IMG/VR virus record: IMGVR_UViG_3300046819_000361
Reading direction: 5' to 3' (one strand)
DNA: 64,000 bases
Source: a virus
Taxonomy: Duplodnaviria > Caudoviricetes
Position numbers and translations under genes: made by a program. Positions within the stretch are counted from its first letter, which is position 1. The number at the start of each line of letters is the position of its first letter. Positions 36,979 through 47,405 of this stretch are shown here, piece by piece. The notes under the pieces are model-generated. The model worked only from the letters and a program-made list of their open reading frames with translations. It searched no databases and was not told where the DNA came from.

Positions 36979-39552
36979 TCAAGCTCCTAAATTACCAAGT
37001 TTTACACGAAGTACGCCATTGCTATCAAATACTTTAATAACCTCAGCGTCCATTTCCATTCTGGCTCCAGAAGCAGCACTTTTAGCACTAAAATTAGCTT
37101 TACCAACTAAAGCAATACTACCAATCTGTGCAGAACCTATGGCTGCATTATCAATAAATGTAGTTGCATTGCCTGAGGTTATTTTATTCAACGTTGCAAA
37201 AGCACCTTGATTCTTAATACTAGCGGCATCAATTAAAGCATCTGCATAATCCTGTGTTACATTCTGAGGGGCAGAAGTAACAATATCAATTGCCCAACCT
37301 GTTTCCCACAGATTTCGTGCAAAGTTTGAATATCCAGCAACAAAATCCTTAACCATTACTTTTGGATAACTCCAGGAGCTGGTAGGTTCGCCGATATAGA
37401 TACAACATTTGTCAAGTGCGGAGTCATAACCAAATCTGACTCTGTTGTCTGCAGCTGTTGAACCAATTAAATTAGCTTCTGTGTTGTACCAAGCTCCTGC
37501 GCCATAATTATAACCAGCCAAGTTCAGACTAAAAGATTTATCAGAACTGTAGGTATAAACGTTCACCGCGAATTTCATCATGGTATTAGTGAAACCTAGG
37601 GGTAGTATAATTCTGATCATACCTGTGACAGCGTTTTGATTATTGTTAAAACTAGCCCCGACAGGACGAGCAACAAATAAAGTATTGTTCTCTTCTATGA
37701 CGTTTGACACTCTTGCGTCATTGTAGTTAGTTACATCCGCATAATCAGCAGGTCTTTTACCATCATTATTTTGTACATCAGACCATTTTTGCTGTGCATT
37801 TAGTAACGCAGAATAGCCAAGATTATCAAACAATTTACTTTCTGTGCCATCCACAACTTCAACAACAGGATAGCCAAATACTTGTGTCTCACCTGCTGTT
37901 GTGCAATAATATTGATAAGCACGAGTGCCTGTGTATTCAACATCACTTGCCCAACAATAATTCCATCTTTCAGCGATCAGTTCACCTGTGGTCAAATCGA
38001 ATATACCTGAACCAACATTGGTGTTCCCCGTACTTCCAGCCGGAAACACATAACCAACCAACAAATACCAACGGTTTGCCACTAAACCAGGTCTCTCTCC
38101 GTAAACAAAATAAGGGTTACTATTTTTATTACCTGTGTTTAAATCACAAACTGTATCTCCAAGAATACCCCAATAATACCTGCCAGTATTCCCTCCGGTT
38201 ATTTTGACGGGAACCGCAAATCTATATGATTTATTTTTATCGACTTTAAACCAATTTTTACCGGCATTTGCATCAGGATACCAACCACCGTCGGCAGCAT
38301 TGTCACCGTTAGATGTACATTTCCACACAGGGACACGAGTACCTGTTTGATTTGTGTCATACACTATGGAATTTTCTGAAGCAGCTCCATTCAAAGTCCA
38401 AGGAGGGGTTTGTCCCACAACCCACGTATCTATTTGTAAATTATTGAACATCAAGTCATTACTGGGCTGTCCTGAGATATTAGTGCCCCAAGTGGCACCA
38501 ACGGTAGCACCAGCCGCCGCAGATGATTTTTCTAATCTAACTATTGTATAATCATCCGTGTAGGTTTGACTATTATTAGTTACTGTAACTGTGACTTTTG
38601 CTGATTTTGAAGTTCCAAAATGTGTAGCAGATATCGTTTGTGATGATGTGCCACTATTAGAAGGTGCAGTTTGAAATCCAGAAAATGTCCAAGAATAAAT
38701 TGGGCTAGTCATATTGATAATATTTGCTGTGAAAATAATATCAGCCTGTCCAGCATCTATTGTGCCATCGGTTGCAGTAAATGAAACTTCACGGTTAGAT
38801 GTGATAGAAACAGTAGAGCCTAATCCAGATTGGCCATCCGTGCCTGCTTTAGATTTACTAAATGTTTGTGATTTGACAATTGTAAAGGCAGTATTACTAG
38901 CAGATTTGCCAGTTATGGTATATGTAATACTAGAGGTATCAATATTATTAGCCACGCCTGAATGATCACCTACTGTTAAATAAGTACCAGAATCAGTTAA
39001 AGATCCTCTTGTTATATTAGTAGCAGTGGATGTAACAGTCCATGTTCCAGCAGAGGTGCCAACCCCGTCATATGATAATTGGGTTGCGCCTTCGTACACA
39101 TAAACATTAGTACCAGACCCAGTGTACGAACCTACTACTCCGGTAGAGGTTGCTGGAAATGTAAATGATTCGTTTGATAATATCGCTGAAATCCCATTAG
39201 TGCCATTCGTTCCATTAGTGCCATTAACAACAAACAGTACCGGAGTCCCCCATGTTCCACCAGTACTAGATGTATTGGGTGGTATTATACTAAATGTATA
39301 AGTTGCAGCCCATGTTGGCGTAGTGGTAGATGTTGGAATTGACGCTGACCAGATTGTAGCACCGGTGGATGGGTTAGTTGCTGGATTTGGATCAGTTGGT
39401 ACGGTTAACACTTGTGTGCTAAAATTATAAGAACCCCCTGATGGTGTGTCTGGTTGACCAACTTGTTGAGCATAAACTGTGGCAGTATAAAAACTGCCAC
39501 CATCATTGACATCAACTATTGTAATTTCGCCACTTGAAACTTTTGTTGCCAT
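36979..39552 (-). CDS. Tail fibre/host-specificity protein
   Basis: Thr/Gly-rich Ig-like regions; ends FDSNGVLRVKLGNL. Confidence 0.75.
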   Translation of the reverse strand: MATKVSSGEITIVDVNDGGSFYTATVYAQQVGQPDTPSGGSYNFSTQVLTVPTDPNPATNPSTGATIWSASIPTSTTTPTWAATYTFSIIPPNTSSTGGTWGTPVLFVVNGTNGTNGTNGISAILSNESFTFPATSTGVVGSYTGSGTNVYVYEGATQLSYDGVGTSAGTWTVTSTATNITRGSLTDSGTYLTVGDHSGVANNIDTSSITYTITGKSASNTAFTIVKSQTFSKSKAGTDGQSGLGSTVSITSNREVSFTATDGTIDAGQADIIFTANIINMTSPIYSWTFSGFQTAPSNSGTSSQTISATHFGTSKSAKVTVTVTNNSQTYTDDYTIVRLEKSSAAAGATVGATWGTNISGQPSNDLMFNNLQIDTWVVGQTPPWTLNGAASENSIVYDTNQTGTRVPVWKCTSNGDNAADGGWYPDANAGKNWFKVDKNKSYRFAVPVKITGGNTGRYYWGILGDTVCDLNTGNKNSNPYFVYGERPGLVANRWYLLVGYVFPAGSTGNTNVGSGIFDLTTGELIAERWNYCWASDVEYTGTRAYQYYCTTAGETQVFGYPVVEVVDGTESKLFDNLGYSALLNAQQKWSDVQNNDGKRPADYADVTNYNDARVSNVIEENNTLFVARPVGASFNNNQNAVTGMIRIILPLGFTNTMMKFAVNVYTYSSDKSFSLNLAGYNYGAGAWYNTEANLIGSTAADNRVRFGYDSALDKCCIYIGEPTSSWSYPKVMVKDFVAGYSNFARNLWETGWAIDIVTSAPQNVTQDYADALIDAASIKNQGAFATLNKITSGNATTFIDNAAIGSAQIGSIALVGKANFSAKSAASGARMEMDAEVIKVFDSNGVLRVKLGNLGA

Positions 39553-39560
39553 GTATATCC

Positions 39561-41033
39561 TTATGGTCTGTTTGCATCCACGGTGATTCTGGATTTGAAA
39601 TCTACTTCGTCACCTGACAAAGTTATCGAAGCACCTGCGGAAGTTGTTCTAGTACCACCTGTGACACAGCCGTATAATTTACCACCACTAAATGTTGTAG
39701 TAGATGACGGCGCTGGGAAATTAGTGAAACTTAACCATGATGAATTTGTAGATGGGGTTCTGATAGTGACGGCATTAGTGGTACTAGATGCAACTTCATA
39801 AAAATAAGCACTACCATCTGCTGCTACACATTTAATAATATCACCAGCTGCAAAAGCATAAGATGTACCAGAATAGCTAATTACAGCAGAGTTGCCTGGT
39901 GTTGCAACACCGGTGATTGGTGCGCCACCTGCGGTTGATATTTTGCTAGTATCAATAAAAGCGCCACGTTTACCATTTTTATCCCAAAAATACCAAGTAA
40001 AAGACCATCCAGTTAATGTTACAGCAGAATCGCCATACCAAACTGATGGTGTTAAATTGGTGCTGCCTTTACCATTCTGTAATTTGTCACCTGAATCAGA
40101 ATTGATAGTACAGGTATACGGATCAGATACATCATAAATTGTAAAATAAGTTGAATAAGTTTTAGAATCAGAGTCAGTGACATCAACTCGATATATACCA
40201 ATTTTAGTAACTGCATTTTCATTAATTACTAACGTATTATAGGTTGTAGATGCACCAGCAGCTGGGATATTTACGTTTAACTCCGCTAAAGATCCAGTAG
40301 GAATGGTAGGTGATGCAACTGTTTTAAAGCCATATTCTGTGCCAACGTTAGCTAGTGTAGCATCAATCAAGGTACTACCGTTATTTTCGTACCACTTATA
40401 AGTAATCCCAGATGTATCAACCACCCCACCTGCGCGAATAAGGTCAACCGAAATGGCAGTATTTGATTTAGATGCGGTTGTTGATTTTTCAATACTATTG
40501 GATCCACGTGTCATAATATAAACAGCATTAGTACCAGTTTTCACTGTATTCAATGTGATACTGCATGTGATATGTGTAGTTAATGTGGTACGTGCATCAT
40601 AGTAATCTGCATCGAAAAACACAGTAAATGTGCCAACGGTATCTAGTAAATTAGCACCGAGTACAAAAGTGGATGAAGTGGTAGCACCGGCTGCACCGTG
40701 TGTGATTGTAAATGGGGCATTAACGACAACATATGAATTATTAACAAAACTGGTTGAGGTCGAAGCAGTAGTTAATGCGGCACCACCTTGAGTAAGTGCA
40801 AATTGTTTATTGGTTAATGCAGCCCATACTTCTGCTGTAGTTAATCCAGAAATACTAATTACTGGAGTAATCGTAAGTGCAGAAGAAGAATAGTTTGGAG
40901 TAAATGAAAGTGTACTTTCATCTTTTGTAAAAATTTGTTGAGTCCCACCACTTGAAGATAAGTATGCAGCAATAGAACGTGCATCGTTATTATCTACAAT
41001 GGTAATTTGACCAGTTGAAACTAATGTTGCCAT
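39561..41033 (-). CDS. Tail fibre-associated protein
   Basis: STGQITIVD.ND N-terminus shared with neighbour; Ig-like YKWY/WYFW. Confidence 0.7.
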   Translation of the reverse strand: MATLVSTGQITIVDNNDARSIAAYLSSSGGTQQIFTKDESTLSFTPNYSSSALTITPVISISGLTTAEVWAALTNKQFALTQGGAALTTASTSTSFVNNSYVVVNAPFTITHGAAGATTSSTFVLGANLLDTVGTFTVFFDADYYDARTTLTTHITCSITLNTVKTGTNAVYIMTRGSNSIEKSTTASKSNTAISVDLIRAGGVVDTSGITYKWYENNGSTLIDATLANVGTEYGFKTVASPTIPTGSLAELNVNIPAAGASTTYNTLVINENAVTKIGIYRVDVTDSDSKTYSTYFTIYDVSDPYTCTINSDSGDKLQNGKGSTNLTPSVWYGDSAVTLTGWSFTWYFWDKNGKRGAFIDTSKISTAGGAPITGVATPGNSAVISYSGTSYAFAAGDIIKCVAADGSAYFYEVASSTTNAVTIRTPSTNSSWLSFTNFPAPSSTTTFSGGKLYGCVTGGTRTTSAGASITLSGDEVDFKSRITVDANRP

Positions 41034-41056
41034 GTATATATGTCCTCTATTTTTAT

Positions 41057-44000
41057 TTAGGTTGGATTCACAATGTCACAGAAAAAACTTGCTTGTGAAT
41101 TTACGTCATCTATATTTATGAAAATTTGCTTGTATCCGCTACTATATGCGGCATTCCAAGTTTCATCATCATTTGGAATTTCTTTTGGAATAACTGAAAC
41201 ACGCCGCCATCTAAACCAACTAGCAGGAGTAATTTCTGTTACATCAACGCCATTTAAAAATAAATGTGCTTTTAACGTTGATGTTTTTGATTGGCCAACC
41301 CGAAATTCTGTGCCATTTGTTGATTCAATAATCAACAAATAAGCCTCGCCATTTTTGCCATTAAATACTACATTAATAGTCTGTGAATCTAATAAAACCG
41401 CCCCGGATATAACACTTTGATTGTACAATTTTACAGTAACACTGGATGCATTCGAATTACTTGGTAACGTTAAGACATAGGGCGATGTTGATACATCAAT
41501 TGCAGTGGTTGCTTCAACCCCATTATTTGGAGTAACTGTAATCCATCCGTAATATGATGTTGTATATGCAGCATTATCCGTCATTTTTCCGTAAATGGTA
41601 ATTGGCGTGTAGTTACCTTCACTAACTGCATCTGCTGCACTTTTGACAATAACGGCGGCATCGGTTTCTATGGAATATGATGGAGGAATAACTGCAGTTG
41701 TGCCAGCCTTTGATTTACTAAATGATTGATTGGTGATGATTGAAAAATCGTCCCCATTCATTCGTTTACCAATAATAGTATATGTTATTGATGCACTATT
41801 AATATTAGCAGCCATGCCAGAATGATACCCAACCGTGACATAATCACCAGAATCAATTAAACTACCAACTGTTATGTTTGTTGATATTGTTTCAACCCGC
41901 CATGTGCCAGCGGTGGTACCAGTTCCGTCGTATTCTAACTTAATGGTCCCTTCAAAAACTGTTAGTGATGTTCCAGAATCAATATAAGATTCAGTTGGTA
42001 CTGTACCATCTGAATAAGCTGATAGTGTGTGAGATTGATTAGGATTTATTACACTAATAGCATCCAGTGATTTAGAGCCAGATGTAGTCCAAAATGAATT
42101 AGATTGCGCCGGTAATATAGGTAAAATATGATTGGATAGGTTTGAATTATGATTAGCCGTACATATCCAACTATAACCAGCATTGTCGGTGACAATATCC
42201 CCAACTGAATAATTATGTGATGGTTCCCAGAAGCCAACATATACATTTCTGGTGGCATTACTTTGTGGTTTACCAGTGCCATATATATAATCCCATGCGG
42301 CACCACCGCTTGCCATTGTTACATTACCATCACTATCTTTAATAATAATAGAATTAAAGATAGCAGTACCGCTTTTATCAATACGCCAACCTGAAAATGT
42401 TCCACTATCAGAATAGTTTTCAGATTGGATATATTCGCCAATATGAGCATTAGTTATTGAAGCATTCTGGATATACGCACTATCCATGTAAATACCAGGA
42501 TCAATTAACACACCATTAATGGTAGTTGGTGTGGTTTGTACAACGAATGGTACGATTGGGTTGAATAAATCCCACGAAATGCCATTATATAAATAGGTAT
42601 GTTTGGTAGTCGAATTGAACCAAGTATCGCCGTTGTTAGGTGATACTGGAGTGGTTGGTGATGAAAATGTAGTCGGTGCCGAAATCCAAAATGTGTCGGC
42701 ATTAACACCAAACGCCGATTCTGTTGCAGATGATGCCAATCCAAACCCAGAAATCCTACCATTAACATCAACTTTTAATGTATATTGTGCATATAAACTA
42801 CTAATGTCTTCGGAAACGGTAGTGAACTTTTGCTCAATAGTTGCATCGGTGTTATCAACACCATTCAATCTGGAACTAATCTGTGTGACTAAATCTGCCA
42901 TATCTGCATTAGTTAACGCAAGAGTAGTAATCTGTGAACTATTGGATTCTGATGTTGTTACTAGTTGATTGAGTGTGCTAGAATAATTTGCAGTAGTGGT
43001 ATTAATGGACGTAATAGCTGATTGCATGTTATCAACTTTGGTCAGCATTTGTCCAAGGGATTCAGCTTGGGTTGCAGAAGCAGTATTAAGACTTGATATA
43101 CTAGATTCAGCGTTAGCAGTTCTTGATAACAGACTTGTAAATGTCTGTGCTTGTCCGGCTACTGTAGTATTAAGACTTGATATACTAGATTCAGCGTTAG
43201 TTGTTCTTGTTAATAAATTATTTAATGTTTGCGCTTGTTCTGCAGTGGTAGTACTAACATCAGTAATTGCAGATTCATTTGTACCAACCCTGGTCAACAG
43301 TTGAGACAATTCTGTGGCTTGTGCTTGGGTTACTTGTGAAAGATTAACTATTGATGATGACATATTCCCAACATTCACCCCCAATGTTGATAAATCACTC
43401 GCAATTGCGGTATCTCCTGCTATTCGGGCAGTACTTTCATTAGATACAAATGCTTCGGCGGTAAACCCAGAATTATTGAAATTGTTTAATCTTGTTGCGA
43501 CTGTTGTAATATCAGAAGCTAATGCAGTAGTCGCGGTAGTTCTTGATATTGATTCTTGTTCAATAGCACTAGCATTGCCAGCAAGGGATGAATGTATGGT
43601 TGTTATATCAGACGCTAATGATTCATAGCTGTTTTGTCTAATTAATTTTTCTGCATCAATCGCTGCTCTTCTATTAGTTGCTTCATTTAATATTTCAGTT
43701 GCGCGAGTTTGTGATTCTTCAAGTAATGAATCAGATAATGTGGCATATGTATTAACCAGTGAGGTGACATTATCTGCTACTATTTTTATGCGAGATGCAA
43801 CACTATTTGCTAATGTATAATCGCCATCAATTAAATTAATTCGATCATGTAAATCTTTATACAAATGTGTTTCGGTTATCTTGCCCGATAATAGTGCTAG
43901 AATATTTTCAGGTGTTAGCTCATTAGACCCAGTTGACCCAGATGCACCACTAGCACCGCTAGCACCGCTAGCTCCCCCAGATCCAGATCCACCACCTGAT

Positions 44001-44167
44001 CCACTACCAGAGCCAACTGGTAACCCACCATAAGTAGCGCCATCGCCAACGAATATTTGTTTTAATGTGGTATCATAGATTATTTCGCCTGCCAATGGGC
44101 AAAATGCTAGTCTATCAGTAGTTGGACCACGTCTGAGTAAAATGCTTCCTTTAGAATTAGTTGTCAT
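41057..44167 (-). CDS. Tail fibre with coiled-coil shaft and DUF1983/J-like domain
   Basis: ILLRRG..GEIIYDT..FVGDG anchor; heptad repeats; YTLKVDVNGRISGFGL. Confidence 0.78.
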   Translation of the reverse strand: MTTNSKGSILLRRGPTTDRLAFCPLAGEIIYDTTLKQIFVGDGATYGGLPVGSGSGSGGGSGSGGASGASGASGASGSTGSNELTPENILALLSGKITETHLYKDLHDRINLIDGDYTLANSVASRIKIVADNVTSLVNTYATLSDSLLEESQTRATEILNEATNRRAAIDAEKLIRQNSYESLASDITTIHSSLAGNASAIEQESISRTTATTALASDITTVATRLNNFNNSGFTAEAFVSNESTARIAGDTAIASDLSTLGVNVGNMSSSIVNLSQVTQAQATELSQLLTRVGTNESAITDVSTTTAEQAQTLNNLLTRTTNAESSISSLNTTVAGQAQTFTSLLSRTANAESSISSLNTASATQAESLGQMLTKVDNMQSAITSINTTTANYSSTLNQLVTTSESNSSQITTLALTNADMADLVTQISSRLNGVDNTDATIEQKFTTVSEDISSLYAQYTLKVDVNGRISGFGLASSATESAFGVNADTFWISAPTTFSSPTTPVSPNNGDTWFNSTTKHTYLYNGISWDLFNPIVPFVVQTTPTTINGVLIDPGIYMDSAYIQNASITNAHIGEYIQSENYSDSGTFSGWRIDKSGTAIFNSIIIKDSDGNVTMASGGAAWDYIYGTGKPQSNATRNVYVGFWEPSHNYSVGDIVTDNAGYSWICTANHNSNLSNHILPILPAQSNSFWTTSGSKSLDAISVINPNQSHTLSAYSDGTVPTESYIDSGTSLTVFEGTIKLEYDGTGTTAGTWRVETISTNITVGSLIDSGDYVTVGYHSGMAANINSASITYTIIGKRMNGDDFSIITNQSFSKSKAGTTAVIPPSYSIETDAAVIVKSAADAVSEGNYTPITIYGKMTDNAAYTTSYYGWITVTPNNGVEATTAIDVSTSPYVLTLPSNSNASSVTVKLYNQSVISGAVLLDSQTINVVFNGKNGEAYLLIIESTNGTEFRVGQSKTSTLKAHLFLNGVDVTEITPASWFRWRRVSVIPKEIPNDDETWNAAYSSGYKQIFINIDDVNSQASFFCDIVNPT
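43083..43200. repeat. 35-bp exact direct repeat (84-bp period) in the coiled-coil shaft
   Basis: agtattaagacttgatatactagattcagcgttag twice (NAESSISSLNT). Confidence 0.75.
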
Positions 44168-44414
44168 AGAATACCGTCACTATATCTTCAGGGCCATAAA
44201 TTTTAGATGGATAGTAGGATGCAGTTCCGGCGAGCGGGATTTCACCCCCATCATGTAAAATTTCTGTTGGTAGTCCTTGAGTAAAATCGCCTCCATCCAT
44301 ACTTTGAACTATGGCAGATTCATATAGTACTTTTATTGGACCAGCATCCAATCCAGATGTGGTGAAAAGATTGTTTTTGTCGAAAGGTGCACCTGCTAAT
44401 ATTTTATAACCCAT
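44157..44414 (-). CDS. Hypothetical protein
   Basis: ORF with ATAAATA just upstream. Confidence 0.55.
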   Translation of the reverse strand: MGYKILAGAPFDKNNLFTTSGLDAGPIKVLYESAIVQSMDGGDFTQGLPTEILHDGGEIPLAGTASYYPSKIYGPEDIVTVFYDN

Positions 44415-44477
44415 GACTTATTTATCAGAAATATTGAGTACATTATTTCTGAATTAGGTATTAGCAGGTGCTTGTGA

Positions 44478-44765
44478 TTAAACGATGATACCAGTTGTTG
44501 ATTTGGTATATTGAGAAGCTGATTCTTTATCTGAAGGTTCAAGAACAACGATAGTTGATCTAGCCAACTTGATATCCCTATCGGGATCTACTGTGAATAA
44601 ATATGGGACCATGCCAATTCCATTATGACCACTTGCTAATACTTTTGGTTTTGAAACTTTGATGAAATCATTACGTTCTTCAACTAATGATGCAATCAAT
44701 TCCTCGCCGGAGGTTAATTTTACGGTGACTACTTCACCAGGTGAAACGCCTTTATCTATAATCAT
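44478..44765 (-). CDS. Conserved phage Sm-like hypothetical protein
   Basis: VKLTSGEELIA motif. Confidence 0.65.
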   Translation of the reverse strand: MIIDKGVSPGEVVTVKLTSGEELIASLVEERNDFIKVSKPKVLASGHNGIGMVPYLFTVDPDRDIKLARSTIVVLEPSDKESASQYTKSTTGIIV

Positions 44766-45064
44766 ACTGCTTCCTGTAAATATTGTCTTAATTCTGTGAA
44801 CCCGCCGATATAATTGCCATCGACGAAAATTTGTGGAACGGCTCGTGCGGTGGGGACGGCTTCGAGCAAATCTTCACGAGTCCATCTATCACCTGAAATG
44901 TTACGTTCTTCATATTCATAACCTTTCATTCGTAATAATGCTTTTGCTTGATCACAGAATGTGCATTGATCCTTTGACCAAACAATTGCTACATTTTTTG
45001 AATATGGCTTTGTTAAAAATCCTTCAGCATTGACCACATAATCTGCTGGAACTTGATCTGACAT
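44762..45064 (-). CDS. Glutaredoxin
   Basis: CTFC, VPQIF, IGGFTEL. Confidence 0.9.
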   Translation of the reverse strand: MSDQVPADYVVNAEGFLTKPYSKNVAIVWSKDQCTFCDQAKALLRMKGYEYEERNISGDRWTREDLLEAVPTARAVPQIFVDGNYIGGFTELRQYLQEAV

Positions 45065-45065
45065 T

Positions 45066-45233
45066 TTATGCTCTCTCTACTTCTACAATAACATTACTAC
45101 CGACTAATTCTTGAACAATTGATTCAACAGTTGATTCAAACTCTTCTCCAATTAGCGATTCTTTTAACGCATCATCATTTTTTACCAATTTGCTTAATTT
45201 AATTACTACTACTTCTTCTTGAACTTGTGCCAT
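45066..45233 (-). CDS. 55-aa hypothetical protein (MAQVQEEVVVIKLSKLVK...)
   Basis: Manual translation; AAGGA SD; upstream TTGACA/TATAAT promoter. Confidence 0.65.
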   Translation of the reverse strand: MAQVQEEVVVIKLSKLVKNDDALKESLIGEEFESTVESIVQELVGSNVIVEVERA

Positions 45234-45302
45234 TTTTATTTCCTTATATTTGTGTTGTGTGAAGTACTATTATACATCATACTTCACACGTTGTCAAATC
45301 TA

Positions 45303-45854
45303 TTATGCGTTTTTGAACGCATTTACTTTTGCTTTAATTCGGTCTAATTTGGATGGTTTAGCCTCCAAATAATTAACAGAAATATCCCTGAACTTCACCA
45401 TTTCTTCACGATCTATACGTTGTCGTTCTAGATTACGTTCTTCAACAGAGCCGTGGTGATGTGGCATAGGCCGTAGCTCAGGTTTTGGACTACCTGCTAT
45501 ACTACAAACCGGTGCATTAATTTTGGTGATTGTATATTCACGTATGTTTTTCGCTAATGATTTTGAAATCGATCTAGGTTTATCAAAAAAATCAGCTACT
45601 GCAAACATAAATTTTACAGTTCTACAATTATATTTGTCTTCAACTGCATTGATATGCCCAGTAATAGCTTTCATTTCAACGGCCCATTTATCAAGGTCTC
45701 GATCCTTCATTGCTTCGTATTTTTTAACTTCCGCTTGTTCTTTTAAAAGTTGTGCTTCTAGCAACGGTTTATGATGTTCTTTAAGATCGGGATCTTTTAA
45801 TTTTTCTTCTAACTTTTTAACTTTGTCTTTTGCTTTTTCTAACAAATAACTCAT
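45303..45854 (-). CDS. Hypothetical protein
   Basis: ORF with GAGG SD. Confidence 0.6.
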   Translation of the reverse strand: MSYLLEKAKDKVKKLEEKLKDPDLKEHHKPLLEAQLLKEQAEVKKYEAMKDRDLDKWAVEMKAITGHINAVEDKYNCRTVKFMFAVADFFDKPRSISKSLAKNIREYTITKINAPVCSIAGSPKPELRPMPHHHGSVEERNLERQRIDREEMVKFRDISVNYLEAKPSKLDRIKAKVNAFKNA

Positions 45855-45862
45855 AATATACC

Positions 45863-46975
45863 TCAAATGTTTGGTAGTTCATCATAATTTAATTCGCTGC
45901 TCATCACACCAATTACATAACTAATCGATTCGCTTTCTTGTAAAGCGGTTTGTTTTTTACTAGGATCAGTATGACGTGTAAACCATGGTATTGGAGTGGT
46001 TTTTGGTGCAGTTCCTTGGTACTTAATACCAATTTCTTTTAATGAACCAACTGCTGTGTAATCGACAAAATCTTTTAAGATATTGGCATTTAACCCGATC
46101 ACTGGTCCTTTCATAAACAAGTAATCTGCCCAAGATTTTTCTTCTCTGATCACTGATTCGTAGATACCATATACTTCACGTTCTAACCGTACTTTAGCTG
46201 CTGCAAATCTTGGATCATCTTTAACTAATTGATTAATAATATAAGCAGTCCAGTCTTTGTGTAATAATTCATCTTGTAAAATTAATGAAATTATATTACC
46301 ATTTCCGATGAATAGTTTATTCTCTACCATGGCTAAACTAGTAGCAAATGATACCATAAATCGGAAAGCTTCTAATGCATAACTAGCATGTAAAGCCAAC
46401 CAAATGTGATCTATATGTGCTTCTTCGTTGTAGAGGAAGTTAACAGTATCTTTTACTTCTGCTAGGCAGTTATATTTGTGAAGTTTGTCATAATATTTAC
46501 CAACACTAGATGCCATGTCGATAATTTCTTTTGTGTCATGAATGGTATTGAATACTTCTTTTGGCACATTGTAAATATTTCTAATAATATGGCTATAACT
46601 GCGGCTATGAATGTTTGTTTCAAAAAACCCCCAATTATACATTAATGCTTCGACTTCTGGAACCGAGCATACTGGTGTGAACACTTGGGTTGGCCCACGT
46701 CCCTGTAAACTGTCTAATGCAGTTTGTCTTAATACATTGCTAGTGAAAATATGTTTAACAGCATCACTTGCATCTTTGAAATCATTGGCATCTTTACTCA
46801 ATGAAATTTCTTCTGGTACCCAAAAGAAACCACGAGCAGTTTGTTCAAATTTTTGAATTTTGGGATATCGGACTTCTTCAAACCGTTGAATAGTTACTGG
46901 CCCTGATGGGTCAAGGAACATTTTACGATTTAAATAATCTGTTTGTGTTTTTAAGTTATATTGTTGTTCTGACAT
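45863..46975 (-). CDS. nrdB: Ribonucleotide reductase class Ia beta subunit
   Basis: FFWVPEE, QTALDSLQGR, ETNIHSRSY, EAFRF, DELLH. Confidence 0.95.
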   Translation of the reverse strand: MSEQQYNLKTQTDYLNRKMFLDPSGPVTIQRFEEVRYPKIQKFEQTARGFFWVPEEISLSKDANDFKDASDAVKHIFTSNVLRQTALDSLQGRGPTQVFTPVCSVPEVEALMYNWGFFETNIHSRSYSHIIRNIYNVPKEVFNTIHDTKEIIDMASSVGKYYDKLHKYNCLAEVKDTVNFLYNEEAHIDHIWLALHASYALEAFRFMVSFATSLAMVENKLFIGNGNIISLILQDELLHKDWTAYIINQLVKDDPRFAAAKVRLEREVYGIYESVIREEKSWADYLFMKGPVIGLNANILKDFVDYTAVGSLKEIGIKYQGTAPKTTPIPWFTRHTDPSKKQTALQESESISYVIGVMSSELNYDELPNI

Positions 46976-46984
46976 TCCTTGTCC

Positions 46985-47131
46985 TTATTCGTCTGGTAAT
47001 CTTCTTTCGTGATAAATTACTAATGCATCTTCTAGTAATTCGATTTGTTTTTCAATCCTCCATTTTACTAGAGGATCGGTTTCTGTTTCTAATTTTTGTT
47101 TTAGATGTTCTATATCAGGTATTTTGTTCAT
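46985..47131 (-). CDS. Small hypothetical protein
   Basis: ORF from MNKIPD. Confidence 0.45.
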   Translation of the reverse strand: MNKIPDIEHLKQKLETETDPLVKWRIEKQIELLEDALVIYHERRLPDE

Positions 47132-47405
47132 CGATATAAGCTTGCAACCCTTCATTAAAAATATTTCCACCATTTGTAGCCATATACCCGGTTACTGAAC
47201 TATGGTCTTCAAATTTAATAATCCATTTTTTATTTAATTTACTAAATCTAAAAACAAATAATTTAGAACCTAATTCGGTCATTGGGATCTTCTTTCCATA
47301 TCTAACTTTAAATCCAAAACTTCTTGTATCAGACAACGGATAAAAATTAAATCCATTATGTAGTTTATTTCCTTCTTTTAAAATGTGAATCATATTATTC
47401 TCCAT
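47115..47405 (-). CDS. Hypothetical protein
   Basis: ORF coupled to the nrdA stop. Confidence 0.5.
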   Translation of the reverse strand: MENNMIHILKEGNKLHNGFNFYPLSDTRSFGFKVRYGKKIPMTELGSKLFVFRFSKLNKKWIIKFEDHSSVTGYMATNGGNIFNEGLQAYIDEQNT

